DNA from: Alphaproteobacteria bacterium
GTDB lineage: Bacteria > Pseudomonadota > Alphaproteobacteria > JAWKYA01
NCBI GenBank assembly: GCA_041396725.1
Contig: JAWKYA010000003.1
Location: 13,323-77,322, forward strand
Direction of reading: 5' to 3'
DNA length: 64,000 nt
Every line of letters begins with the position of its first letter. Within the stretch, counting starts at the first letter, position 1. Made by a program: the position numbers and the translations under genes. This document shows, one piece after another, positions 1 through 11,245 of the stretch. The notes beneath the pieces are model-generated. The model saw nothing but the letters and a program-made list of their open reading frames with translations. It made no database searches and was not told the origin of the DNA.

Positions 1-1744
1 GTTGTCGATGGAATATTGGTAGGGCTGAATGCCCCCGTAGGGCACTCCGAAATCGATAAAACCGTCGAGATAGTCGAAGCAGGTCGGATCTCCCTGGGCG
101 TACGGGAATTGTGGCGAAACAAACGAGGCGACAAGTGAATCGGCCGCAAAATCCGTCCGTCGACAAACCCCCAGGTAACCGATCGCCGTATACTGACCGG
201 GGGCATAGGCGACGAAGGTCGTATCCGGGCCGTACTGCAGTAATGAATCTTCATACATCCATTGCACGCCATCGAAGAGTCCGGAAGCCACCAAGGTATC
301 CGGGCACACCCCGTCGCCGATCATTTTCAGAGTGAGTTTGGGCGTAATCGTCTTACTGAATCCGGAGAAAAACGCCGCGAAACTAGCCGGTTCGTTCCGG
401 CCGTACATGGCTACCTGCACGGCTCCCTGCGCCACCACACTGATAGTCGACGGTGTTTTGTCCTGCTTAAACAGTGTCAGGTTCCGGTAGGTGACGAAAT
501 CCGGGTTCCCCGGGACCGGGCTCGGTGCCCCTACAGACACGACCGAGCCATCGATCCGAACAGTTACCATCGAATCCTTCATCGCCACCAGCATCAGGCC
601 ACCCTCAAAGGTCATCGTACCGATCCGGTTGGGCTCGTAAATGTTATTCACCGCATTCGGAACGCCGCAGCTGATCGGCGGCACGAACATCAGGCCGGCC
701 GTACGCATGGCATCATCGCCGATAGCCGTACCGCCGATCATTTCATAGACGAATACCGGTTCGGAGGTCTGGATATACAGATTTCCATAACTGGAATACG
801 CATTCGTCGGCACGATAAAATACTGCCCCGCGTTGAGCGAAGTGGCCGGTTTCGTATTGCCGTTCAGCCAAACGAGCGTGTTGTTCTTGTGGGCAATTAG
901 AATGGGATGTTCCAATACGGAAGAGCCGTTTCCTTTGCATAAAATGTACTCTTTTCCCGTTTTTTCAAATGGCGCGATCTGGTCGATACCGATATCGTTG
1001 GCCTGAAAACCACCGGTGCGCCCACCCAGGAACCGCAATTCACCGCCACAGGTTTACTCGATTTGATCAGCCCGCCCATGAACCCGTTCACAGGTTGCAC
1101 CGTAGGGTCCTCCCGATATATTGAGCAAATACGACGGATTCGCCGCGTTGCAACTGTACACTGACCGGCCCGGTCTGCTGCACATCCTTCAGCCCGATCC
1201 GAAAATCCGTCAAGGGTCGAACTCCGAAAACGTGACCTCCGTGGAATCTTCGGAAGCCATGACGCCGACAAAATTACCCCTGCGATCGCCGTCGTCCTCC
1301 GCCTGCACCAGGTGCCCGACCCTGAATTCGGTGCCGAGGGCCGCCCGGCCTTTGCAGGTCAGGTCTCCCGCATGAAAGCCGGAGGACGCATGCACCCTGT
1401 AATAGGCATAAAATTTCTTCGGGCCGTCCATCACCAGTCCCATGCCTTTGATCGGCATGTGCAACATCGATTCCGATACTAAAACAGGCGTCGTCTGCCC
1501 CAGGTCGTACCGAAAGGTTTGGTATTGCTGATGACGGCTTTGGTCAGCAGGTTACCCGCGCCGTCGCGAATACTAACTGTAAAATCCTGTGTTTCAGGTG
1601 TGGACAGGTAGAGGTATTGCGGACCGTTTTCGCTCCGCGCATGCATGGGCGGCAACCAATGGATGGTGTCTAACTGCGCAAAAAGGAGCCGGCCAGAAAG
1701 AAAAAACCTGCAATCAGGCAAGCGGTGCGATGGAGAGATATCAT
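1..1744 (-). pseudogene. T9SS-secreted protein, paralog B (IgGFc-binding-like N-terminal region). Only the 5' part is present and it runs off the window at position 1. The reading frame is interrupted.
   Basis: A signal peptide MISLHRTACLIAGFFFLAGSF starts at the ATG at 1744. It is followed by AQLDTIHWLPPMHARSENGPQYLYLSTPE, GDLTCKGRAALG, PVNGFMGGLIKSSKPVAVNCGSWVGAPVVF and QANDIGIDQIAPFEKTGKEYILCKGNG, spread over different minus frames. These blocks are colinear with the gene at 1860..4268. Frame changes lie near 1680, 1470, 1240 and 1005. Confidence 0.7.
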
Positions 1745-1859
1745 GTGCAGAGCGGTTTACCCTCGAAATGTAGTCAAATTGCCCGCCTCTCGGCAATCCA
1801 CACGCATCAAACCCGGGAAAAATGCAATTTTGCCTGAATTAGCCTTTGGCTCGCCCGGA

Positions 1860-4268
1860 TCATCGGAGCACCGTGACATCCCCTTTTATCACTTCAATGC
1901 GCCCGGGTGCGATTTCCACTTCCGCCATAAATACGTAAACACCGGGCAACACCGGCTTGTGCCGGTTCGTACCGTCCCAACCGGCTCCCGGATCATTGGT
2001 AAAGAAATCCCGCCGTTCGAATACCTTGTTTCCCCAACGATCGAAAATGGTCAGTCGCCGTACCGGCAAGGATTCCTTGCTGATCAACGAAAAACGGTCA
2101 TTCTCCGAATTTTTATCCGGCGCAAACACATTCGGAGCATACACATTGGGGTCCACGACCAGCAAAAAACTATCCACAGCGTGGCAACCGATGATATCCG
2201 TGACTTCCAGTGTCACCCAGGTCGTTTCGTTGGGCTTGTACCCGTAGACGAGGCAATCCGGGCAATTGGCCCGGCTGTCGTCCGGCAACCAGGAAAGTTC
2301 CGTTACCGGTCGGTTGGGTGATCCCTGCAACAGCACCTGCTGTCCGGACTTCAGGGGTTCCGGCAGTTTGAGCAGGATGATTTCCACGGCCAGGCTATCC
2401 GGTTCCGCGAGGTTGAGTTTGATGGGTTGGCTCATGCAGCCGCCCGAATCCCGGACGATCAATTTGTAGGGCCGGCATCCAGGTTTAAAAAATCATGCAT
2501 GGACGAAAACGTGATGCCGTTGTCGATCGAAAACTGGTATGGGGGCTGCCCGCCAAGCGGGTTACCAGGAACGTAATCATGCCGTCATCGGCACCGTAAC
2601 AGGTCGGGGAATGCAGGCTGAAGGGCGCACCCGGAGCCGGGATTGTACGTCCAAAGAGTCTTCCGCGTAATCAGCGTCGCGGCAAACTCCGAGGTAACCG
2701 ATTGCCCGGTACGTTCCCGGGGCGGAGGCGATCCACATCGTGTCGCTTCCGTATTGCAGAATCGAGTCTTCGTACATCCACTGCACGCCTTCGAAATAGC
2801 CGGAGGCAAACAGCGTATCCGGGCAAATCCCGTCGCCGACTTTCGTCAACTTGATTTCCGGCGGTTTCAGGCGGGTAAAACCGGAAAAAAAGGCCGCGAA
2901 ACTGGCCGGGTCGTTTCGTCCGAACATCGCCACCTGCACGGCGCCCTGGGCAACTACACTGACCACATTGGGCGATTCATCTTTTTGAACAGTTTCAGTT
3001 TCCGGTAGGTCACGAAATTCGGATTTCCCGGCACCGGATACCCGACACCCATGGACACCTGCTTGCCGTCGATTTTGACGGTCACGGTCGAATCCCGCTG
3101 TGCCACGATCATCAGCCCGCCCTCGAAATACATTTCGCCGATGCGGTTGGGTTGGTAAATATTATCCACCGAACTGGGGATACCGCAACTGATCGGCGGC
3201 ACGAACATCAGGCGGCTGTCCGGCGAGCATCGTTCCCGATGGTCGTTCCGCCGATGACCTGATACACAAATGCAGGTTTGGAGGTCCGAATAAACATATT
3301 ATCCCCGGGAGAATAGTCCTGCGTCGGGACGACATAAAACTCGCCCGCCTTCAGCACCCGTTCGGGAATAGTGTTTCCGTTGATCCACACCTTCGTATCA
3401 TCCAGATGGGCAATCACGATCGGGTGTTCGAGTACATCGTTGCCGTTGCCCTTGCAGAGAATGTATTCCTTACCGGTTTTTTCAAACGGCGCAATCTGAT
3501 CGATACCGATGTCGTGCGCTTCGAAAAAGACGGGGGCGCCCACCCACGACCCTACATTAACAGCGATCGGTTTGGTGCTTTTCAGCAAGGCGCCCATAAA
3601 TCCGTTAGGGGGCTGAGGCGGCTTTTCGTTATTGAGGTACATTGCGAAAACGACCGATTCTCCTTTCTGTAACAGCATTTTCACCGGTCCAGTATTGGGC
3701 ACGTCTGCCCCGCCTTTCCGAAAACTTACCAGCGGGTGAAAGCCCGAAAGTGTAATCAAGGTAGAGTCTTCGGTTGCTATCAACCGATGAAATTGGCGCG
3801 CAAATCCTCTTTCCAGGCCGATTGTACCAGATTGTCCGACTCAGATTCCTTCCCCAATGCCGCACGTCCTTTGCAGGTCAAATCGCCCGCATGATTTTCC
3901 GAATTAGACCGGGCCCGGAAATACGCATAAAATTTCTTCGGGCCGTCGATGATCAATCCCTTCCCCTGCAAGGGTTTGTGCGCGCTGATTCCGGCACCAA
4001 AACCGGAGTGTCATCCGTATCGCCAGGGAATATCGCAGGGGCTGGCTGTTGCTGATCGTGACCGTTTGGATCAATTGGCCGGAACCGTCGCGAATATTGA
4101 CCTCAAAAGGGTCGACCTCGGGGGTGGACAGGTAGAGGTATTGAGGCCCCCACTCCACCCTGGCGTGCATGGGCGGGATCCAGTGGATGGAATCCAACTG
4201 GGCATGCAAAACCTTGATTTGCAAAACGAAAATAAAAAAAGGGGTAGAACGGTACGGAGCATCTTCAT
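1860..4268 (-). pseudogene. T9SS type-B sorting-domain protein, paralog A (IgGFc-binding-like N-terminal region plus gliding-motility C-terminal domain); the frame is interrupted about 6 times.
   Basis: The N-terminus is MKMLRTVLPLFLFSF (signal peptide), followed by AQLDSIHWIPPMHARVEWGPQYLYLSTPE. The C-terminus is YAPNVFAPDKNSENDRFSLI...LTIFDRWGNKVFERRDFFTNDPGAGWDGTNRHKPVLPGVYVFMAEV, the CHU_C / TIGR04131-type pattern. The pieces are ORFs 3904..4224, 3780..3971, 3208..3783, 2954..3208, 2577..2966 and 1860..2462, which lie in different frames. Confidence 0.75.
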
Positions 4269-4555
4269 AGCATGAAATCGATCGGCAGGTATATTTCGCT
4301 GCAAAATGCCCGATTTTTTTGCTTTACCCGTGCATAGCCAGGTGAAAATGCAAAATAGACCAATTTGGACGGATCAGTGCGGTGATACACTTACCAATAT
4401 CTTTTATTAAAACTTTAAAAAATCTGCCCGTACAACTTTGAGGCAGCAAATCGCGCCATTTTTCAGTTAATTACTCAGTTAGCCGCCGGTGCACATTGAA
4501 CCGACCAGAAGGTTTGTATCGAGTTTGAAATATTTACCATCAAATTATATCTGTT

Positions 4556-5273
4556 ATGAAAAACATAGTACTCCTGTTTTGCACCATCACGCTGTTCAGC
4601 ATGGCAGTCAACGCTCAAGTATCAGGCTCCGCCAGTTCAGTATCACCCGGTTTCAAGTATGAAAATTGACGTGGATATGAAATACCTGTTCAGTGGTTTT
4701 AACACGACGACCGTTTTGCTAAAAATTCGGGACAACCGGAAAACCAGCAACAGTTCCTCCAAGCTCCGAAACTGGCGAATCGGGCTTTCCGGAAGCGGAA
4801 ACCGGCAATCGAATACCGATCAAAATTTCACCTACGACGGCTATCAATACGAAGTGATAAACTCCGTAAACACCAATACGTCTATCGCCCCGGTGCTCGG
4901 TCGGGAACGCATTCGGTCGATGGGGCGCTTCGGGTTGCATTACGGGATGGATCTCTCTCCCAGGTTCCGGTATTCCAAGAAATACGATGCCCTGTCCGGG
5001 GACCACATACCTCCCGAGTATGTCCCCATCGTTACAAAATTTTTTGGAATCGGTTTGTCCGCCATTCCGTTCATCGGAATGAAATACCGGCTAAATGACC
5101 GCATCAGCTTTTCCATTGAAACAGCCATTTCCGGTTCGTATGAGTTTTCCTCAACTAAAATTGTCCCGCTGCATACCGATAAAGTACGCTCCCGCAACAA
5201 CATGCACCTCGTTTCATACAATGTTATTCCATTGCGGTTTCTGAGTTTCAACTACCATTTCGGACAATCCTGA
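4556..5273 (+). pseudogene. Outer-membrane beta-barrel-like protein with one frameshift after the signal peptide.
   Basis: The ATG at 4556 gives MKNIVLLFCTITLFSMAVNAQ (Sec signal), which stops after 37 codons. ORF 4659..5273 continues in another frame with alternating beta-strand-like segments and an aromatic-rich C-terminus (LSFNYHFGQS). Confidence 0.5.
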
Positions 5274-5290
5274 CACAGGGCTTTAATACA

Positions 5291-5320
5291 AACGCCGGAC
5301 TGTCTGCACAGCCCGGCGTT
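5291..5320. terminator. Hairpin between convergent genes; possible bidirectional terminator.
   Basis: aacgccgg...ccggcgtt is an inverted repeat lying between the stop at 5273 (+) and the stop at 5349 (-). Confidence 0.45.
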
Positions 5321-5348
5321 TGACCAAAAATCATATCCTCAAAAAGGA

Positions 5349-8300
5349 TTAGTGCATTTTGACCAGTCGTTTCATAGCCGACACCTGTACTCCATCCGTC
5401 AATCGAACCAGGTACACGCCCGCCGGCAAGGCGTTCAAATCCAGCGATACGGCCGTCGTTCCCATCGAAATTTCCGTCCGAAATTCAAGCCTACCGCTGA
5501 CATCGTAGCATTCAACAGACAACTGCTTGTCCGTATCGGCGCCGAATTCAATGCGGGTCACGGCTACGGCCGGGTTGGGTTGAATCGACCAGGCCAGATC
5601 CAGCACGGGCGCCCGCGTACCGACCACCTCCACAGTGGTGCACTCGGAAGTCACCGAGCAGCCGTTTTGAGTGATTTGAACTGCGTAACTACCGGTTACC
5701 GTCGGTGTGAAGGATTGTCCGTTCGCGCCGGTTATGGGCTGATTTCCGTCGCAGTTCAGCCATTGGTATGTCGCGTTGCCGGCCGCGGCCGTCAGGGTAG
5801 TCCCCTGAAGGGCAACTGCATTGTTGATCGAGATGACCGTCAGTGTCAGTATGATGGTACTGTCGCAGCCGGATGCGTTTTGCAGCGTCACGGTGTACAT
5901 ACCAGGTGCAGTCAACAACTGGCCACCGAACGGATAAGACTCTCCGGCACAGATGGTCGCACTGATTGTCGACTGACTCACGGGGAGCACGTGCAACTCC
6001 AGCACAATGGTCGAATCACAACCGCCGGGCGATGTAAACGTAACCGAATAGGTGCCGCTTTCCGTCAGGGTATCGCCATAGAAAACAAAACCTTCGCCCG
6101 CACAGATTGCAGCTTCCTGAATGATTTCCAGAGCCGGCAGCACCATCAGCGTCAACACGACGGTCGAATCGCAACCGGCCTCGCTCGTCAGGACGGCCGT
6201 GTATTCACCGCTTTCGGTCAGCAGGTCTCCGGGTCAATTCATACGTTTCACCGGCGCATACGGTGGCATCGAGAGCCGTTTCGGATACCGGCAACGCCGT
6301 GAGTACCAGCGTTACTACCGTCAAGATCCTCAGCCCGCCGCGCTCGTTAAAACGGCCATGTACTCGCCGCTTTCCGTCAGTGGCTCGCCATTGAATTCAT
6401 AGGTTTCACCGGCGCACACGGCGGCTTCCAACTGCGTTTCGAAGGCAGGTAAAACAGTAAGTGTGAGTGTAATCGTCGAGGAGTCGCAGCCCGCTGCATT
6501 CGTCAGCACGGCCGTGTACTCGCCGCTTTCGGCCAGCAGTTCTCCGTTGAATTCATACGTTTCGCCGTTACATACCACAGCCTCCAACGCCGTTTCGGAT
6601 GCGGGCAATACCGTGAGCACCAGCGTGACTGTCGAGTCGCAGCCCGTTTCGTTCGTCAGCACGGCTGTGTATTCGCCGCTTTCCGTGAATATGGCGCCGT
6701 TAAACACATATCCCTCGCCCGCGCAAATCGTGGCACCCAGCGTCGTTTCCGAAACCGGCAGCACCGTAAGCGTAAGCGTAATGGTCGAATCACAACCCGA
6801 AGCATTCGTCAGCACGGCCGTAAACTCGCCGCTTTCGGTTAATTGCTCGCCGTTGAATTCGTACGAATTACCGGCACAGACGGCGGCTTCTATCGTCGTT
6901 TCGGAAACCAGCAGCACATTCAAGGTCAGCGTCACGATGGAGTCGCAACCGCTTTCCGACACCAGAAGGGCCTGGTATTCGCCCGGTTCCGTCAGGTCCA
7001 TCCCGTTAAATGTATAGCCGCTGCCTTTGCAGATGGTAGCGGATACCGTGCTAAACAGGGTATCCAGCACCGACCGATCGAGGGTAACCAGGAGTCGCAG
7101 CCGTTCTCGCCGGTAAATGTGGCGGTGTAGGTGCCGCTATCGGTCAGCGGTTGTCCGGCAAATTCATAGGAACCGCCTTTGCAAATTTGAATACTCAAGT
7201 CAGTCTGGCTAAGAGACAATACCGTCAGTTGCAGCGACCGTCGAATCACAGCGTTTTCGGCCGTCAGCAGTTCTTCGTAGGCTCGCTCGTATCAGGGTTC
7301 ACCCGCAAACGCATAGGTTTTGTTGGCACAAATAACGGCCTCCAGGTTGGTGAGTGCGGCCCGACGCGTCCAGGTTCAACACCACCGTGGAGTCACAACC
7401 GTTCTCAGCGGCAAAATGAAGGTATACGTACCCGACATGGTCAGGGCCAGTCCGCCGATCGGATAGGATTCGTTCGAGCAGATGACGGCGTTTACTGCCG
7501 TTTCGAAGGCGGGCAATACGTGCAGGGTCAGTGTTACGGTTGGTCTATCCGTTTCAGCCGACAAGACGGCCGTGTACACGCCGTCTGGTTCAGGGTATCG
7601 CCATTAAACTCGACCGATTCATTCACCTGAAATAGTCAGTTCCAGTGCGGTCGCCGAAACCGGCAATACCCGTCAGTTGCAGCCATCACCGTTGAATCGC
7701 AGCCGTTTTCAGCCGTCAAAACCTCCGTATAAGTGCCTGATTCCGTCAGCAATTCGCCAGCAAACAGGTAGTCCGTTCCCGTACAAATGGTGGCCTCCAG
7801 GCCGGTTTCGGCAGTCAAGCAATACTTCAAGACTTAAGATCACAGTTGAGTCGCAACCCAGTTCGGACTGATAAGTAAACATGTATTCCCGGCTTCCGTC
7901 AACGATTCGCCGTCGTACTGGTAAACGGTTCCGGCACCAAATAACAGCCGACAAGTTGGTCACCGGTACGAGGTCATACACCGTCAATGTCAGCGTCACC
8001 GTCCGAATCGCAACCGTTGATCGTCGTAAATACCGCCGTGTACTCACGGATCGGTCAGCACCTCGTCATCGAAACCGTGGCTCTCGCCGGGCAGATCGCC
8101 ACCGAGAAGGACGAAGTTTCCACCGGCGCCACCACCAGGTTGAGGTTGACCGTGCTGTCGCAACCGATTTCACTGCTCAACAGAGCGTATACTGGCCGCT
8201 TTCCGCAAGCAACTGGCCGTTGGAAATCATAAGATTCGCCGACACAAATCAGCACATTCAAATCGGTCACCAGTTCCGGGAGCACCGTGAGTTGTGGGTA

Positions 8301-9661
8301 ACGGTCCCAGTCACAGCCATTTTCAGCCGGGTAAACAACAGAATGAGTGCCGCTTTCCGTCAGAGATCTCCCCTTCAAATTCGTAAGATGCGTTGTGGCA
8401 AACCGTAGCCGACCAAGCCGTTACCGGGGCCTCCAGCACCGTGAGGTGAAGTGTTACCGTTGAATCACAACCGTTTTCGGCTGTCAGTACGACCGGATAG
8501 TCGCCCGCTGCGGAATAGGTTTCGCCTTCGTACTCGTATGTTTCATTGCTGCAGATCGTCACATCCAGGTCGGATTCCGAAACCGGCAATACGGACAAGA
8601 TCAAAACGACCGTAGAATCGCAGCCCATCAGCGCTTCTGCCGGGCCTGCGGTATTCGCCCGCCGTATTCAGGGTATCTCCACCGAAAACATAGTTTTTCA
8701 CCGGCGCAGATCGTCGCTTCTACCTTCGTCTCCGGAATGGGCGGGTAAACGACTAACTCCAGTACCAAATGGAATCGCAGCCTCCGGCAGCGTCAAAGTA
8801 TCCGTGTAGGTGCCGCTTTCCGGTCGGGGCCATGCCACCAAAGGTGTAAGCCTCGCCGCTGCAAATGGCAGCCTGAAGCGGCGTTTCAAAATATTGCACC
8901 GTTTTCAGGCTCAGCACCAGGATGGAATCGCAGCCGTGCACGGTTTTCAGGGTGTCTATGTAAACGCCGCTCTCCGACAAAGTATCGCCCCCGAATACGT
9001 AAGCCGAGCCCTCGCAAATATCTACATGCCATTCGGTGACCGGGCGGGGATATACGGTGAGGGTGAGCGTTACGATCGAATCGCAACCACCCGATGCCGC
9101 CAGGGTATCGGTATAAACGCCCGAAGCGGTGAGCGTGTCGCGCCCGAACCACACGGTATCTCCGGCGCATATTTGTTGCGCCGGCGGTTTCGAAAAAATT
9201 CGACATAGCCCAGCGTCAATACCGCGATTGAATCACAACCTTCCGGGGTACTCAGCGTATCCGTGTACGTACCGGCCTCCGTCAGGGTATCTCCGGCAAA
9301 CACATAAGACTGACCGGCACACAGGGTGGCCGACAACTCGGTGATGGAAGCCGGCAACACCGTCAACTCCAGCGTGACGGTGGAGTCAGCACCATCAGAA
9401 CCGGAAGCACTTCGACATAAGTGCCGGATTCGGTCAGCGGGGCGCCGCCGAACGGGTAACCCGTACCGGCACAGATCGTGGCCTCCAGCAAGGTATCCGA
9501 TGCGACCTGTGCAACCTGTTCTTTCGCCGTGCGGCCGGAGCCGCCGGTGTTGCAAGCAGAGTAACCCGCGCCGAGACAAGTGAAGAAAATTGCCATCAAC
9601 GCTATCGTCTCCGGAACCCGGATACAAATAACTGAAGGCCAAACTGTTGAAATTTGAACAT
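5349..9661 (-). pseudogene. Large T9SS type-A C-terminal sorting-domain cargo protein made of tandem 51-aa two-Cys modules, heavily frame-interrupted.
   Basis: The C-terminus is IQPNPAVAVTRIEFGADTDKQLSVECYDVSGRLEF...LPAGVYLVRLTDGVQVSAMKRLVKMH, the Por/T9SS CTD (TIGR04183-like) pattern. At the N-terminus, MFKFQQFGLQLFV starts at 9661 and, in another frame, MAIFFTCLGAGYSAC resembles a signal peptide or lipobox. More than 15 minus-strand ORF fragments in all three frames carry the same module. Confidence 0.7.
5835..9500 (-). repeat. About 24 tandem 153-bp (51-aa) coding repeats.
   Basis: The unit is approximately LPVSETxLxAxICAGExYxFNGxxLTESGxYTAVLTNxxGCDSTxTLxLTV. I counted a 51-aa period in two places (ORF 6330..7070 and ORF 8753..9154). 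The copies are diverged, not identical. Confidence 0.8.
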
Positions 9662-9925
9662 GGGATGATGAAATAGGATTGTGAAGAGAAAAGAGCGACA
9701 CGAGGAACGTGTTGCCCGTGTTAGAACCGGACCGGCGATAGCGCCGTTTGAATCGGGAACCAAATGTCGAGCAGGGCGACGGATAAAAAGTTGATCCAGA
9801 TCAAGTCCGGATGCTTTTTGGCGGGATACAACCGTTTGTGTGCGGATACGGCGTTTTACGGCGCTTTTTGCCGGTACTCTTCCATCTGAATCAGCAATCT
9901 TTTCTTACACAAAATCATCAGTTTA

Positions 9926-11245
9926 CTATGACCGAAGATAGAGAGTCCGTGGTGCAACACCAGGCGGAAGTGTCGAAATGACAAGGGACGCGACAAATCC
10001 CAACGCGAACCCAAGAGTTATGATGTGCCGCAGCCCAAGCCTCCCCCTTGGTAATTCCGATCCGGCCCATCGTGCTACATAAGTCCAGCACAAAAATAAG
10101 CCGAGACCAAAGGCAAGAGGTCCTGTTGCGCGCAGGGCCACAGCTGAATATCGGCCCGGCAGATGCAAATCGAACATGACTACATATGCTAAGGCATAAA
10201 GGAAAGAAATAGCCGCAAGAACCGTGACCAAAATCAGAGATTCGGGCTGAGGCCGTAGGCGAAGCTTGGATCGATGCGCCAACCAAACAAGCCATAGAGG
10301 AATAAGATAAACCAAAACCACGTGGATAAGGGACAGAACTGTCGGTGCAAGAACGCATCCCCACTCTCGCGGTAAGAAACCGGTGCGGCCATCGCACAGA
10401 ATCGGTACTGAACCATCAGGAAGAAAAATCTCTGTACGGCCGCCAGGTCCAAAAGCCGGCCATTGCCGCGCCTGAGCCAAGGTCACACTCGGGCCAAAGG
10501 TTGAAGAATCAAATGCAAACAGGAACAGCAACCCTAACCCCATTGCCGTTCCCGCCCCGACCATCGTCAAGCGCTGACGGGATAGATCAATCGCAAATCC
10601 CCCTTGTCCATTTTTTCTTGTCCAGATCACAGGTGACAAACATAGGGTCCCAACCGCCACAAGAGCGATTTGAGGATAGAACGAAGCCATCAAGCCGATC
10701 ATCAGCACAACACCGCCGACGCTCTTCCTTAATAAAAACAGCAAAAATGCCAAGAAAAAAGGAACCGCAAAAGCACGGGGCGTGGCGCTGAACACAATAT
10801 CATTCAAAGACATGAAGAGTGTCGTGGTCGATGCGGCAACAAAGGCGGCAAGTGGTGAGGGGAAAATGCGCATCGCAAATCGAAAAGCCAGCCACGCCAG
10901 TAAAAACATTAAAGCAGGCGGAAACAGCTTACTGGCGGTTACGGGATCAAAACCGAGGCGGTCTGCAATCCAATAAATCGCTGAGAACCCATGGGGCGAA
11001 ACACTCTCGAAATATTCAGCCACCATATCGTTCTTGAATAAAGCGGGATGACGCCACTTGGCCATCCAGAAGATGAACTGCCGTGCGTCATCCTGAACAA
11101 CATAGGGTGCGGCATACGCCTCCCATAAAGATTTAGCGCCGATAATCGCTGTGAAGGCAAAGGTCAACAACAGCCACGGTCTTTCCCGACACTCTTCAGG
11201 ATAAAAAACGGGATCGGTAAAAAATCGCCATAATTTTATCATCAA
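9926..11245 (-). CDS. Polytopic membrane protein, possibly a GT-C-fold glycosyltransferase.
   Basis: 439 aa with about 10 or more hydrophobic helices. The first loop after TM1 carries an acidic motif (YVVQDDARQFIFW), as in ArnT/PMT-type GT-C enzymes. Its start overlaps the upstream gene's stop by 4 bp. Confidence 0.45.
   Translation of the reverse strand: MMIKLWRFFTDPVFYPEECRERPWLLLTFAFTAIIGAKSLWEAYAAPYVVQDDARQFIFWMAKWRHPALFKNDMVAEYFESVSPHGFSAIYWIADRLGFDPVTASKLFPPALMFLLAWLAFRFAMRIFPSPLAAFVAASTTTLFMSLNDIVFSATPRAFAVPFFLAFLLFLLRKSVGGVVLMIGLMASFYPQIALVAVGTLCLSPVIWTRKNGQGGFAIDLSRQRLTMVGAGTAMGLGLLFLFAFDSSTFGPSVTLAQARQWPAFGPGGRTEIFLPDGSVPILCDGRTGFLPREWGCVLAPTVLSLIHVVLVYLIPLWLVWLAHRSKLRLRPQPESLILVTVLAAISFLYALAYVVMFDLHLPGRYSAVALRATGPLAFGLGLFLCWTYVARWAGSELPRGRLGLRHIITLGFALGFVASLVISTLPPGVAPRTLYLRS

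Noticed and set aside
262-900. 212-aa plus-strand ORF, and similar plus-strand ORFs at 1725..2321, 2643..3008 and 5352..6302.
   Set aside because: They lie antisense to minus-strand sequence that has clear protein homology (IgGFc-binding-like and T9SS domains). Their translations are Arg/His-rich and low in information, as expected for shadow ORFs in GC-rich coding DNA.
5835-9500. A regular 153-bp periodicity that might suggest a CRISPR-like or satellite array.
   Set aside because: There is no repeat-and-unique-spacer structure. The whole period is a diverged coding module with conserved Cys, Gly and Tyr positions, so it is a protein tandem repeat.
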